A stretch of DNA of 64,000 nt from Eledone cirrhosa (GCA_964016885.1 OZ024758.1:24118001-24182000); one strand, 5' to 3'; positions 1-18,825 are shown, counted from the first letter of the stretch. The notes: a model not told the origin generated them from the sequence alone. Made by a program: numbers and translations.

Positions 1-13
1 GGTCATACTTTTT

Positions 14-69
<56 letters not shown>

Positions 70-587
70 TGAGTATAACGTTTTATAAAATGTTTCTAGT
101 TCTGTCTTTCCCTCTTTCATTCTATCTTGCTGTATGTCTCTCTCACTATCTCTCTCCCTCTGTCTCTCTCACTATCTTGCTATCTATCTATCTATCTATC
201 ACTATCTTGTTATCTATTTCTCTCTCTGTCTCTCTCTCACTATCTCTCTATCTCTCCCTGTCCCTCTCTCTCCCTGTCCCTCTGGCTCTCTCACTATTTC
301 TCCCTGTCTCTCACTCTTTCTTGCTACCTATTTCCCTCTGTCCCCCTCATGTTATCTACTTATCTGTCTCTCTTCCTTATCTCTCTCCCTTACGACAACG
401 TTACTATCAACTCATTAATATAATAGTGTTCTCTAATTTCTCTGATTTCAATTGCCATAACTAATCTAGTTAGCCATTCATGTCTTCCACTTCAGCTCAT
501 CCGTTGTCCGCTGTTTAAACTCCGTGGAATTATTATTCCGTACCTTCGCGTAGGTCATGCATAACCTCTCTCTCTCTCTCGCCAGAG

Positions 588-633
<46 letters not shown>

Positions 634-674
634 TAAAGGTTTACACACATATATATATATATAAAGGTTTACAT

Positions 675-707
<33 letters not shown>

Positions 708-1460
708 GTGTTTTGCAACGGGTCACTTTGTGGCTCAATGAAAAGTTAAATTAAATAATCAGAGCTATATATCATAAAACATGTCTATAGAATCACTAGA
801 TATGGTATATATTTTATCTGGTGATTCTATAGACATGTTTTATGATATATATATAAACATAAATTATCGAGATTCGCATTTCGGCCCAGGAAATAACGAA
901 AAACAACCTCCGAGATGTGCGGCAAGTGCTCAATGATTCAGATGAACCAGAGCTATAACAAACGTTAAAGGCCAAACACACTGAGACGATGGTTAAACAA
1001 TCATTCGCATAGTCCCCAAAAAAACGATCAAGTAATGCGGGTATTGAAAATTTACCCGGGCCCCTGGAAGGTTGGTAAAATCCAGTATATGGGTTTCTGC
1101 GGCTCCTAAATCAAGTACCGTCCGCTTACATAAATAATGTCAGGCTTCTGGTAAGATGATTGAACAAGAAAGCCACTTTCTCAACAGGTTTTAGTTCAAT
1201 GTTAATACAAGGACTGACTATTGCTGACCCCACGTGGGGATCGGCAAGGGAGGCAACCCCTATATCAAGCGAATGAATTCAGTTGTGTATGTTTTTGCAA
1301 GAATGCAAAAATATCACAAATCGAATAGAGTTCTTAACAGAAGGGTTAAAATTAACATAAGCTATTCATCAGTCAATAGAATCAACTAAAAAAAAATCAA
1401 GAAAATTAATAAAAACAATGAAATAAAAACAAAGAACAAGTTCCTTATATTAAAAAATTC

Positions 1461-1586
1461 ATCATTTTACGATCGTTTCTGGGATGTATGTGTGTTGGTA
1501 TGTATATCATAAATATATGTAAAAATATTACAAATTATCTGAGGAAATATACATACCTTCACATATACATGCCATCCTCATATATA
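1461..1586 (-). ncRNA. Degenerate hammerhead ribozyme with very long stem II (same family as 12751-12896)
   Basis: Minus strand reads aTGAGGA-tggCatgtatatgtg...cacacatacatCcca-GAAA-CGATCG-TA. C3 of the core is lost next to (TA)n. Inner helix ggtatgtatat/atatacatacc. Confidence 0.6.
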
Positions 1587-1628
1587 TAATATATTAACAA
1601 ATGGAAACTATATTTATAAAACCATATT

Positions 1629-1694
1629 TATTTTATTATACATATTTCAAGGGCCACCAAGGCAAATTATGGTGCGCTTTCATCAGATAAAATA
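1629..1694 (-). ncRNA. Type I hammerhead ribozyme (Penelope pLTR-like family)
   Basis: tattttat-CTGATGA-aagCgcacca..tggtggcCctt-GAAA-tatgta-TA/ataaaata. Stem I is a perfect 8 bp. Predicted cut between 1637 and 1636. Confidence 0.85.
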
Positions 1695-1733
1695 CAATAC
1701 AATTTGTTGAATCCCAACAAATTAAATATAACC

Positions 1734-1782
<49 letters not shown>

Positions 1783-1888
1783 CTGTGTGAGAGAGTCTCG
1801 GGCTCAATTGGGGGTAACCACAGCTAGTAAATGAATTCTAGTCCTGTAAAATTCATTTCTATATCAAACTTTATATATATATATATAT

Positions 1889-2202
1889 AATGTTTCTTAT
1901 ATAGACACAGGGCCAGCAATTGTGGTGCAGGGGAAAGTCGATTAAATCGACCCCAGTGCGTGACTGGTACTTTATTTTATCGACCCCAAAGGATGAAAAG
2001 CAAAGTTAACCTCGGCGGGATTTGAACTTAGAACTTAAAGAGCCATGACTCTGTCGCAAAGCATGGTGTCTGACACTCTACTGCTTCTGCCAAATTGTCT
2101 AATAATTGTTTCTACTTTTGGCACAAGGCCAGCAATTAACCCAGTGTATTACGTAACTCTTTGCTGCAAAGCATGGCGTCTGACCCTCTACCGATACTGC
2201 CT
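1889..2202 (-). mobile_element. tRNA-derived SINE family 1: one near-full copy and one internally deleted copy
   Basis: Reverse complement of the consensus seen at 35518-35708 (B box GTTCAAATC, conserved ...GGGGTCGATAAAATAAAGTACC core). Confidence 0.85.
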
Positions 2203-2336
2203 AATAATAAAATGATGATTTGTTATGTTTTCATTATGTTTATATATATGCAAAAGGCAAACAGAAATTGTAAAGCAAACGACAGAGTACAATGAAGAAA
2301 TATATTAGTTTAACGCTTGAAATAGCAGGAAGTGAG

Positions 2337-2372
2337 TCTTAACGTTTCGGGCACTAGTCTTTCATCAGAAGA
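2337..2372 (-). ncRNA. Minimal hammerhead ribozyme (no loop 3, palindromic ACGU)
   Basis: tctt-CTGATGA-aagactagtgccc-GAAA-CG-TT/aaga. Stem II is imperfect. Homologous to 47382 and 63943. Confidence 0.6.
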
Positions 2373-2477
2373 TAGAGTGAGAAATAGAAGATAAATAGAA
2401 AGTAAAGAGTAATGAGAGGAAGACACGGGGGAAATGGTGAGGGGGGGGAGAAACGTACGTATTAAGTTGGCCATCTT

Positions 2478-2522
<45 letters not shown>

Positions 2523-2670
2523 TATATATACACATACATATATACGTATATATATTCCCCTCCACCCCACCCCCGATCCAATCCCCCCCACTTTTTTATA
2601 ACTTCTATTTTCCCCTTTATTTTCTCTTTCATGTTTTATTTAAATATATTCTTTCTCACTACCCCTCCCC

Positions 2671-2703
2671 CTCCTGATGAAGGGCTTATGCCCGAAACGT
2701 CGC
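2671..2703 (+). ncRNA. Minimal hammerhead ribozyme core
   Basis: CTGATGA-a-gggc-ttat-gccc-GAAA-CG-TC. Stem II is perfect, but stem I is decayed to about 1 bp. Confidence 0.6.
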
Positions 2704-2798
2704 AACCACTCCCCCCACTCTCACTAAGCGTGAAACTAATAATATTTGTAACATTTACTCCTGCGTTTGTCTGTTTTTTGTTTTCTGATATCCCGAAC

Positions 2799-2859
<61 letters not shown>

Positions 2860-3281
2860 ATATAAGTATGTACACGTACATACATATATGTATACAGACG
2901 TACAGTAGTATGTATATATATACATACATGCACACATATATATATATGTACGTATGGATTCACCGAACATTTATAATACTCGGTGTGTTTGTAAACAAAC
3001 ATCCCGTATTAAGCCGTAGTGTCTGTATACATATATGTATGTACGTGTATGTACTTATATATATATATATATTATATATATATATATACATACTACTGTA
3101 CGTCTGTATACATATATGTATGTACGTGTACGTACTTATATATACACATACATATATGAATACAGATATACAGTAGTATGTACGTGTACATACTTATATT
3201 TAAGTAACAGCCGTACTAAGAGTGGGAAATGAAATTTCGTTTCATTTTTTCCGTTTATATATATATATATATATATATATG

Positions 3282-3385
3282 TGAAAAAGTTTGTCCTCAT
3301 CAGTGGCCTTCCAACCGTCGTAGGCATTTCGTCGCATTAAATGCCTACGACGGTTGGAAGGCCACTGATGAGGACAACTTTTTCA
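3282..3385. repeat. Near-perfect inverted repeat with ~47-bp arms next to (TA)n
   Basis: gtcctcatcagtggccttccaaccgtcgtaggcattt / aaatgcctacgacggttggaaggccactgatgaggac. A related non-palindromic copy lies at ~52965-53045 (minus). Confidence 0.9.
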
Positions 3386-3564
3386 TATGTAACCCATTTG
3401 CAGCGCCGCAGGTCCATTATTATCATATTTACATATATATATATAAATCGGCGTCACTAGTACTAACTAATTAATACACATTTCTATTTTCGGAAAATAT
3501 ATATTTTATTCTTTTACTGTGAAGCTTTTTTATATTACATCGGCACCAGTACATTTTTTGTAAT

Positions 3565-3661
3565 ATGTCAATCTCTATGTCAATCTCTACGTCAATCTCT
3601 ATGTCAATCTATATGTCAATCTATGTCAATCTATATGTCAATCTCTACGTCAATCTCTATG
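3565..3661 (+). repeat. 10-12 bp minisatellite (ATGTCAATCTCT), about 8 units
   Basis: Direct reading of tandem units. Confidence 0.9.
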
Positions 3662-3790
3662 TATTGAACACTGAAATTGCCTGTCAGAATGAGAGTATAT
3701 ACTACTTCCGGTTAGTGTGTATATACATACATACATATATAGATATTAATTCAAAATATTAACAAAAATAGACATTCGTGTGATCAAGTA

Positions 3791-3857
3791 TATTTTATTA
3801 TACATATTTCAGAGGTACTGAGCTATCTTCAACAGTATGTCCTCATCAGATAAAATA
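3791..3857 (-). ncRNA. Type I hammerhead ribozyme
   Basis: tattttat-CTGATGA-ggaCatactg..cagtacCtct-GAAA-tatgta-TA/ataaaata. Lies within nested inverted repeats at 3757-4006. Confidence 0.8.
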
Positions 3858-4617
3858 AGATGATGCATAACATACCCTGACTTAGTAGATGGTTAAGATT
3901 CAGTCATGGTATTACCATGACTGAATCTTAACCATCTACTCAGTACCTCTGAAATATGTATAATAAAATATACTTGATCACACGAATGTCTATTTTTGTT
4001 AATATTAATAACTCCGGAAAACCATTTCTGTTGAGTGGTTCCAATCTATTGTAAAACTCATTGTTTGATTTATTCATTGAACCTTGTTTAACCTTTAAAT
4101 ACATATAGATATATATATATGTTCACACTCACACACGTCTCTCTCTCTCTCTCTCTGTAAATATACTTATATATTAGCTGGTAGTTTCATACTGCTGTGA
4201 AATGCAGTTCAGTGAAAAATATTAGTCATCTCTCAAGAAATCACATTATTCCACTCCACCTAATAATACTGCTACATAGAATGAAATAACATTTTTTTTT
4301 TTAATATGATGTTTATCTGCGTCGCTAAACGATGTTTCTAGTTTCTGGTTTTCTTGTGACAGAAGACCGTGAAGAAAAAAATCTCCTGTTTCGATTCACA
4401 CGGACTCAACTTCCAATAAATTATATAATTATATATATATATATATATATATGAGGAGAAGAAGATGTCCTCTGACACTGAAATTCGTTTGTTTAAATTC
4501 ATATGATTCCAGTTCCTCAATGAAACAACAACCCAACCAGGAACTGGGCTTATCAGAGTATTGACAAAGTTATACACCTCAACAACATGTGTACTCGTCT
4601 CTACCACAATAATTCGG

Positions 4618-4672
4618 ACTGCCTGAAGAGGTCACAGCCAAAAATGGCTGTCACCGAAATATATATAGTAGT
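4618..4672 (+). ncRNA. Type I hammerhead ribozyme
   Basis: actgc-CTGAAGA-ggtCacagcca-aaaa-tggctgtCacc-GAAA-tatata-TA/gtagt. Strong stem II and palindromic helix III. Predicted cut after 4667. Confidence 0.88.
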
Positions 4673-4815
4673 AATAAACGAAGCCAAATTTTAAACATTT
4701 GACTTATTTATTTTATTTTATTTTACATTACTCCGGAGTAACCAAACCAACCTGCGCACTTCGTCGAGTGCTCCAATCTGCATACTGAGGTGTTGGTACA
4801 CAACCAACATATACT

Positions 4816-4853
<38 letters not shown>

Positions 4854-4955
4854 TCTGGGGTATTATTCTCTATCGCGTGCTAAAGCTACATTCCGAATTT
4901 GCATTCGTTAGCTTAGCCGCAGCCTAAAGCTTCGTTAATGCTGTACTAAAATTTG

Positions 4956-4991
<36 letters not shown>

Positions 4992-5037
4992 TTCAATGAT
5001 ATTAAATAAATGGAAACTATGTTTATAAAACCATATT

Positions 5038-5098
5038 TATTCTATTATATATATTTCAAGGGTACCAAAACTTTGGTACGCTCTCATCAGATAAAATA
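5038..5098 (-). ncRNA. Type I hammerhead ribozyme
   Basis: tattttat-CTGATGA-gagCgtaccaaa-gt-tttggtacCctt-GAAA-tatata-TA/atagaata. Confidence 0.88.
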
Positions 5099-6006
5099 CA
5101 AAGTGTGTTTTATAAATATTGACATAACCAGGAAGAAGATGTTAACGGTTCAAGGGAAAACTTGAACCGTTCGGTTCTTCCCTGTTCGGACATATTTGTC
5201 AAACTGTAGGTTTTATGAAACAATTATACCATAAGACAGGTAACTTTGTTAACTCATAAGACGGGTAACCCTGGTTGACACGTATTCGTTTATCTGTATT
5301 AACAGAGAAGATACTATTTTATTGTCTTACCTTTTATCGGTTTGGGATATTGGACAACATAAAATTAATATTATTCTCACAAGTTAATTAATATTATCGG
5401 AAGAAACAGAGAAAATTAACAAACCAACTAATCAACTCTTCACGTGTTACTGTCTTTACATTATCAGAAATGTATTGAAAGATTGAATATTTTTATAGAA
5501 AATTATATAAACATCCTATATGCTTTCCAGCTTTCAGATTTGTTAAAATACTCGTCGTATTTTGTCAATTTCCATTTAAATAACGGTTGTTTCTCTTCCT
5601 TCTTCCGATAACACTGTACATACCTCCCTATGGGATAATCTAAAGGCTAAAATGTACAATAAATGCTAAAATGTAATAAAAAGATTTAAGTTTAGGAATT
5701 TGTCATTGAATTATCTTGTTAGCCGCCTATCTAATTGTAAAGGAGGAACGTTAGAGAATTGAAACGACGATAAACCTTAAGAATAACAGTGAACGAATTT
5801 CACGGTGTGATAAACAGAGAAAAGATTGATTTTAATGACTTCCATTGCACCCTATAAAAATCAATAGTGAAGATGTTGATAACAACAACAACATCGGTTA
5901 ACTCTAACATCACCACAAGGCCAGAAATTTAGAGGATCATGGCTGAATTTGAGAATTGAATTAGAAGCTCTCACGGTAACTTTGTCTAAATAAAATAGTC
6001 TAATAA

Positions 6007-6520
6007 ATGTTTCTACATTTGGCACAAGGCCAGTGTATTACTGGTACTTTATTTTATCGACCCCCGTAAGGACGAAAGGCAAAGTTAACCTCGGCGGGAT
6101 TTGAACTCAGACCAAAATAGTCTTAAAATAATGAGTATATAAACCCACTGAACGGATAAAAGGATGAGCATCAGCACACGTGTACACATTAGAGTTACCT
6201 CCCTTTATGATCGGAGTTCAAATCTCGCCGAGGTTAACTTTGCCTTTCATCCTTACGGAGTCGATAAAATAAAGTACCAGTAATACACTGGGTTAATTGC
6301 TGGCCTTGTGCCAAAAGTAGAAACAATTATTAGACAATTTGGCAGAAGCAGTAGAGTGCCAGACACCATGCTTTGCAACAGAGTCATGGCCCTTTAAGTT
6401 CTGAGTTCAAATCCCGCCGAGGTTAACTTTGCCTTTCATCCTTACGGGGGTCAATAAAATAAAGTACCAGTAATGCACTGGGATATTTGCTGGCCTTGTG
6501 CCAAAAACGGAAACAATTAT
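6007..6520. mobile_element. Cluster of SINE family 1 copies: 6007-6110 (-), ~6190-6330 (+), ~6340-6520 (+)
   Basis: Matches the in-window SINE consensus. Confidence 0.85.
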
Positions 6521-7089
6521 TAGATTATTTCATTTTAAAATAGTTACGGTGAAATCTTATTCAATTTTGTAACACGAAATGCAAAACACAAATTAAGCAG
6601 TAATATTATACAGGGTGAGCGTAAAGTATTTCCCTGATTATAAAATACCATATCTCGGATACTATTTGAGATGTTACTTTTTCATTGTCGGCCCCGGCGG
6701 ACATAATAGAGAAGGGGTTTCTCCGGAGGACGGCAAAAGAGACGCGCTGGAAGGGGCATTCTAGCTCGCGAGATTCACACCTGCTGGTAGCTACCCCTGT
6801 GCCGATGGTGGTGAGTATGGAGGTGGTCCTAGGGCCAAGGACATCAGAAGTTTCCGCTGCTGCGGGATCGACCGCAATAGCTAATGAGGAACCGATAAGG
6901 AATCGTTCGAAATGTGACAACAGAGTAGATGAAGTTGACCAGTTAGAAAAACTTCTACGTCAGTGTTAAATAGCCGTGCATTACCATTCTCTCCTCAATA
7001 TACCATAACTTCGTATTTCTATTTACGACTACTTATATATGTCTTATTTGTGGAACCTCGCATTTCTATCTAAAAGGATTACCTTATTT

Positions 7090-7690
7090 ATAAGCAATCA
7101 ACGGTGGTGATATCAAGCAAGTCGAGGATTTCAAGTATCTTGGGTCCTGGATCATGGACTCTGAGAAGGATTTTGCCACCAGAAAGGCCCAAGTGTGATC
7201 AGCTTGCAACAAGATGGATCGAGTTTGGCGCTCAAATCTTTCCAACGACACCAAGATCAGACTCTTCCAAGTAACAGTTCAACAAATCTTGCTATATGGA
7301 AATGAAACATGGACGCTTTCATCCAAACAAGAAAAGCACCTTTATGGCACCTACACTCGCCTGCTTCAGCGCATTCAGAACATAGGCTGGCGACATCCGA
7401 CTTTGAGAGAGATATATGCCGGCCTCCCACGCATATCTATCATTGTGCGTAAAGAGAGAGTAAGATTTGCTGGCCACTGCCATCATGCTATTTATGAGGC
7501 TGTGTCCCCATTAGTGCTTTGTAAGACACAGTCACTAATAACAGGTGGCGCAAGCTCTCCTACCCCGATGTCATCTCCAGAGATTCTGGTATTGAAATCC
7601 AGGGCTTGGCAACGGCAATGAACGACAGACCCACGTGGAGATCAATTGTTGAGTCCATTTCGGCTGAGTCCGCCGGATGATGATGATGAT
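7090..7690 (+). mobile_element. RTE-clade non-LTR retrotransposon 3' fragment, decayed, with (GAT)n tail
   Basis: ...TKIRLFQVTVQQILLYGNETWTL...RVRFAGHC motif. Contains stops and frameshifts. Ends GATGATGATGAT. Confidence 0.85.
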
Positions 7691-8065
7691 TTATAAATAT
7701 GGCGTATTCAATTTGTTTTTCTTTTTACAACCTCTTTACAGTTGTAATCGCGGTGTACTAGTTGTCTGTTCAACATTAGTAACTAACCCCCACTACTGTT
7801 TTGTTGTGGATAATTAACGAGAACTGGCAGATATTTCAGTGAATATATTAGCCAAATCTATAATGACTATATTTATATTCTTACAGTTCCAAAATAGGAA
7901 CTTCAAAGACTAAATAATCGATTTGTTTTCCTTTGAAATGTTTAAGTTCAAAACAAGGATTTGCAGTTGTTTTCTCCTGTTAATTCTTGGTAGAGATGTT
8001 TTGAATATTGGTACCTAAAATAAATTCACCCGTTTCTACTTTAAGCCATGGACTCCGCAGATACT

Positions 8066-8103
<38 letters not shown>

Positions 8104-8136
8104 TTATTTTTGTCCTTCTTTTCTTCTCTCTTCTCG

Positions 8137-8320
8137 TGGATTGGCAGTATCAGTAGAGGGTCGGACGCCATGCTTTCCAGCATAGTTACGTCCCTTTACG
8201 ATCTGAGTTCAAATCCCGCTGAGGTTGACTTTGCCTTTCATCCTTACGGGGGTCGATAAAATAAAGTACCAGTAATGCACTGGGTAATTGCTGGCCTTGT
8301 GCCTAAAGTAGAAACAATTA
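8137..8320 (+). mobile_element. SINE family 1, near full length
   Basis: A-box-like TGGCAGTATCAG, B box GTTCAAATC, conserved core. Confidence 0.9.
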
Positions 8321-8627
8321 TATATATATAAACTCTCCATAGTCGTTAAAATATTCATTTGCATATTCAACCTAAGTTTGAAAAATCCATAATACATTTC
8401 CACTATCCAGAGAATATCCAACTGATAAGGTATGAATTAAGCGAGATTCGTATCAGCAAACATATTGTTATAATTTAAAACTCTAATTCAGAGATTTGAT
8501 TCTGACTTTGTTTTTTTCTATTTAATTGCTAAACCTGTAGATATTGTTCTCTATACAGTAACGGTAAAACTCACTTGTAATAATTCTTTATACACATCTC
8601 ACTGTGTAACACACTTCTCTTTGTGTA

Positions 8628-9437
8628 ATATATATATATTATATATATATATTATATATATATTATATATATATATTATATATATATATTATATATATAT
8701 ATTATATATATATATATATTATATATATATATTATATATATATATTATATATATATATTATATATATATATTATATATATATTATATATATATTATATAT
8801 ATATTATATATATATATTATATATATATATTATATATATATATTATATATATATATTATATATATTATATATATTATATATATATTATATATATTATATA
8901 TATATTATATATATATATATTATATATATTATATATATATATTATATATATATATTATATATATATATTATATATATATTATATATATATTATATATATA
9001 TTATATATATATATTATATATATATATTATATATATTATATATATATATTATATATATATTATATATATATTATATATATATATTATATATATATTATAT
9101 ATATTATATATATATATTATATATATATTATATATATATATTATATATATATATTATATATATATTATATATATTATATATATATATTATATATATATAT
9201 TATATATATATATTATATATATATTATATATATATATTATATATATATATTATATATATATATATATATTATATATATATATTATATATATATTATATAT
9301 ATATTATATATATATTATATATATATATTATATATATATTATATATATATTATATATATATATTATATATATATATTATATATATATTATATATATATAT
9401 TATATATATATATTATATATATATTATATATATATAT

Positions 9438-9469
<32 letters not shown>

Positions 9470-9490
9470 ATTATATATATATATATTATA

Positions 9491-9533
<43 letters not shown>

Positions 9534-9983
9534 ATTTTATATATATTATATATATATATTATATATATATATTATATATATATATTATATATATATTATA
9601 TATATATATTATATATATATATTATATATATATATATATTATATATATATATTANNNNNNNNNNNNNNNNNNNNNNNNNNNNNNNNNNNNNNNNNNNNNN
9701 NNNNNNNNNNNNNNNNNNNNNNNNNNNNNNNNNNNNNNNNNNNNNNNNNNNNNNNNNNNNNNNNNNNNNNNNNNNNNNNNNNNNNNNNNNNNNNNNNNNN
9801 NNNNNNNNNNNNNNNNNNNNNNNNNNNNNNNNNNNNNNNNNNNNNNNNNNNNNNATATATTATATATATATATTATATATATATTATATATATATTATAT
9901 ATATATATATTATATATATATATTATATATATATTATATATATATATTATATATATATATTATATATATTATATATATATAAT

Positions 9984-10015
<32 letters not shown>

Positions 10016-10271
10016 ATTATATATATATATATTATATATATATTATATATATATTATTATATATATATTATATATATATATTTTATATATATTATATATA
10101 TATATTATATATATATATTATATATATATATTATATATATATTATATATATATATTATATATATATTATATATATATATATATTATATATATATATTATA
10201 TATATATATTATATATATATATATTATATATATATATTATATATATATATATATTATATATATATATATAT

Positions 10272-10302
<31 letters not shown>

Positions 10303-10325
10303 ATATATTATATATATATATATAT

Positions 10326-10356
<31 letters not shown>

Positions 10357-10422
10357 ATATATATATATATATTATATATATATATTATATATATATTATA
10401 TATATATTATATATATATATTT

Positions 10423-10456
<34 letters not shown>

Positions 10457-10655
10457 ATATATTATATATATATATTATATATATATATTATATATATATA
10501 TATTATATATATATATTATATATATATATATATTATATATATTATATATATATATTATATATATATATATATTATATATATTATATATATATATTATATA
10601 TATATATATATTATATATATTATATATTATATATATATTATATATATATATTATA

Positions 10656-10695
<40 letters not shown>

Positions 10696-10763
10696 TATAT
10701 ATATATTATATATATATATTATATATATATATTATATATATATATATATTATTATATATATAT

Positions 10764-10795
<32 letters not shown>

Positions 10796-11142
10796 ATTAT
10801 ATATATATATTATATATTATATATATATATTATATATATATATATATTATATTATATATATATATATATTATATATATATATTATATATATATTATATAT
10901 ATATATTATATATATATATATTATATATATTATATATATATTATATATATTATATATATATTATATATATTATATATATATTATATATATTATATATATA
11001 TTATATATTATATATATATTATATATTATATATATATTATATATTATATATATATTATATATATATTATATATATTATATATATATTTTTTGTATATATT
11101 ATATAATATATATATTATATATATATATAATATATAATATAT

Positions 11143-11185
<43 letters not shown>

Positions 11186-11256
11186 TATAATATATATAAT
11201 ATATATATAATATATATATAATATATATTATATATATATATATAATATATATAATA

Positions 11257-11289
<33 letters not shown>
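8628..11289. repeat. (TA)n/(TTA)-interrupted microsatellite containing a 200-N assembly gap (9655-9854)
   Basis: Direct reading. Confidence 0.97.
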
Positions 11290-11328
11290 GTAATAAGCGA
11301 AAGATATATACTTTATATCATCACTATT

Positions 11329-11337
11329 TATTTCATT

Positions 11338-11382
<45 letters not shown>

Positions 11383-11441
11383 CGGAGGTGCAGAAATTTA
11401 TGTTTAACATAAATCAGAGCATGCCCTCAACAGACAAAATA
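11329..11441 (-). ncRNA. Degenerate hammerhead whose helix III palindrome has expanded into a (TA)n tract
   Basis: tattttgt-CTGTTGA-gggCatgc..gcacCtcc-GAAA-(TA)~22-atgaaata. Core carries an A6-to-U change. Confidence 0.75.
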
Positions 11442-11824
11442 TGTGAGATTTATAATTTTTTCATGATACACCAGCAACAGCGATCTTGATAGATCACTGA
11501 CAAGCAAGTATATAATGGGAAGATATATATATATAGTGTCTGTGTGTAGTATACAAAAGCAGCGAAGTTTACAAGTTGTTGAAATTCTTCCGATATATAT
11601 CTCATAAGGCCTGTTTATTGCAATAAGTGTTGATGTTAATCACTTCATCGTCATCATGAGATACGGAGTGGACAGAATTGGCAGAACGCCGAATTAATTA
11701 ACTAAAGTTATTAAGTTTAAATCATTACAGAATTAGTTTTCATGTTTGACCCTCTAGCCATACTGGAATCTATTCCGTTAATTTACACCGACAAAAATTA
11801 ATTTGGAGCTTAAGAAAAAGAAAG

Positions 11825-12389
11825 TGAATTGGCAGTATCGGTAGAGGGTTGGACGCCATGCTTTCTAGCATAGTTCCGTCCCTTTACAGTCTGAGTTCAA
11901 ATCCCGCCTAGGTTAACTTTGCCTTTCATCCTTACGGGGGTCGATAAAATAAAGTACCAGTAATGTACTGGAGTAATTGCTGACCTTGTGTCTAAAGTAG
12001 AAACAATTATATCCTAGTATCGGTAGAGGGTCGGTCGCCGTGCTTTGAAGCACATAGAGTTACCTCCCTGTATGATCTGAGTTCAAATCCCGCCGAGGTT
12101 AACTTTGCCTTTCATATTACGGGGTCGATAAAATAAAGTACCAGTGATACACTGGGATAATTGCTGGCCTTGTGCCAAAAGTAGAAACAATTATTTCCTA
12201 AATCATTGTCAATCTTCCGTTTCTTCTTCCTAATCCTCATTATGTTTTGTCGAGTTACGTCCCTTGCCATTCTTAGTTCGAATCCCGCCGAGGTTAACTT
12301 TGCCTTTCATCCTTACGGGGTCGATAAAATAAAGTACCAGTAATGTACTGGGTAATTGCTGGCCTTGTGCCAAATGTAGAAACAATTAT
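11825..12389 (+). mobile_element. Three same-orientation SINE family 1 copies
   Basis: Consensus matches at ~11825-12010, ~12017-12193 and ~12255-12389. Confidence 0.9.
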
Positions 12390-12553
12390 GTTTCGTAGAA
12401 CGATATTTGAGATATGCCACAGATAATCTATATTAAAATATCTGTTGAACTCGTGGAACAACTCAAATTTATCTCCTCAATAACTCTGTTATTTACGTAA
12501 ACAACAGCTTGCGTTCATTTTTTTACACTGACCGACATATGGGATAGGTGCGT

Positions 12554-12585
<32 letters not shown>

Positions 12586-12750
12586 TAGTGTGGTGTTAGT
12601 GTGTGTGTGTTAGTGTACAGTCCAACATTCATACAGATGTATGAATATACTGTACTAGCTTACAAGGACATAACCAAAGACAAACTAGAATACATAAATG
12701 AGGTAGTCATGTATATATGTGCATATATATGTCTATATATATATATATAT

Positions 12751-12896
12751 ATATATCTGAAGACGGCATATGTATGTGTTGGTATGTATATTAGATTTGA
12801 TAGTTTGTATAATTTTGTATAATTTTGTACATAGATCTGTTGAATATGCATGCCAATTCTAACACATATATGTCCTAGAAACGATCGTTAAATAAT
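12751..12896 (+). ncRNA. Hammerhead ribozyme with ~114-nt stem II
   Basis: CTGAAGA at 12757-12763, then cggCatatgtatgtgttggtatgtatatt...aatatgcatgccaattctaacacatatatgtCcta, then GAAA-CGATCG-TT. The 5' strand of stem I is overwritten by (TA)n. Confidence 0.65.
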
Positions 12897-12959
12897 GAAC
12901 TTTTTTTGTTTAATATAAGGAACTGTTTCATTGTTTTATTCATTATTTTTTTAATACTT

Positions 12960-18124
<5,165 letters not shown>

Positions 18125-18510
18125 ATATTAACAAATGATTTATGAAACTCAACATTGTCAAATATGATTTCTGAAACTCTGATTTTTCTTCTTTAAACAT
18201 TGATTTCTTACTTTGAGACACGCCGACAAATTGGTAGATGTTGGAATATAAAGCATTGATTCGGCTTCTCTACCTAACTTGTAGTTATTTAATCACGGCT
18301 TATACGAGACTGTTGGAAATAGTTGAGAAACCTCTCTCAAATCACAGCCTTGTGTTTTCTAAAATATTAAATAAAGAAAAACGAAGGAAGGTCACATTGA
18401 TTTGGGTCCTTGATTTATTATGACTGGGGGGGACCTAATACCTAAGTTAGAAATGAATATTTGATATCTGATACAAAGAAGGCAATAGCAAGTCAAAATG
18501 CGTCTAGGTG

Positions 18511-18825
18511 TTTAGGGCGGTGGATTGGCAGTATCGGTAGAGAGTCGGACACCATGCTTTGGAGCATAGAGTTACGGCCCTTTATAATCTGAGTTCAAAT
18601 CCCGCCGAGATTAGCTTTGTCTTTCATCCCTACGGGGGTCGATAAAATAAAGCACCAGTAATTGCTGGACTTGTGCCAAAAGTAGAAACAGTTACTTGTT
18701 TAAATCCCGCCTTTCATCTTTACGGGGGTCGATAAATAAAGTACCAGTAATGCACTGGGGTCGATTTAATCGAATTTCCCCTCCCTCAAAATTGTTGGCC
18801 TTGTGCTTAAACCAGAAACCATTAT
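18511..18825 (+). mobile_element. SINE family 1: full copy plus 3' half of a longer variant
   Basis: Consensus match. Confidence 0.88.

Noticed and set aside
1320-1375. Minus-strand CTGATGA with a hairpin (similar cases at ~23555, ~24096 and ~39453)
   Set aside because: No correctly placed GAAA-NUH box or stem I.
6606-6969. GC-rich overlapping ORFs and a TACAGGGTG mariner-like terminus
   Set aside because: No recognisable domain and no matching second terminal repeat found. Probably transposon debris.
9655-9854. Run of 200 N
   Set aside because: Scaffolding gap, so contiguity across it is not assured.
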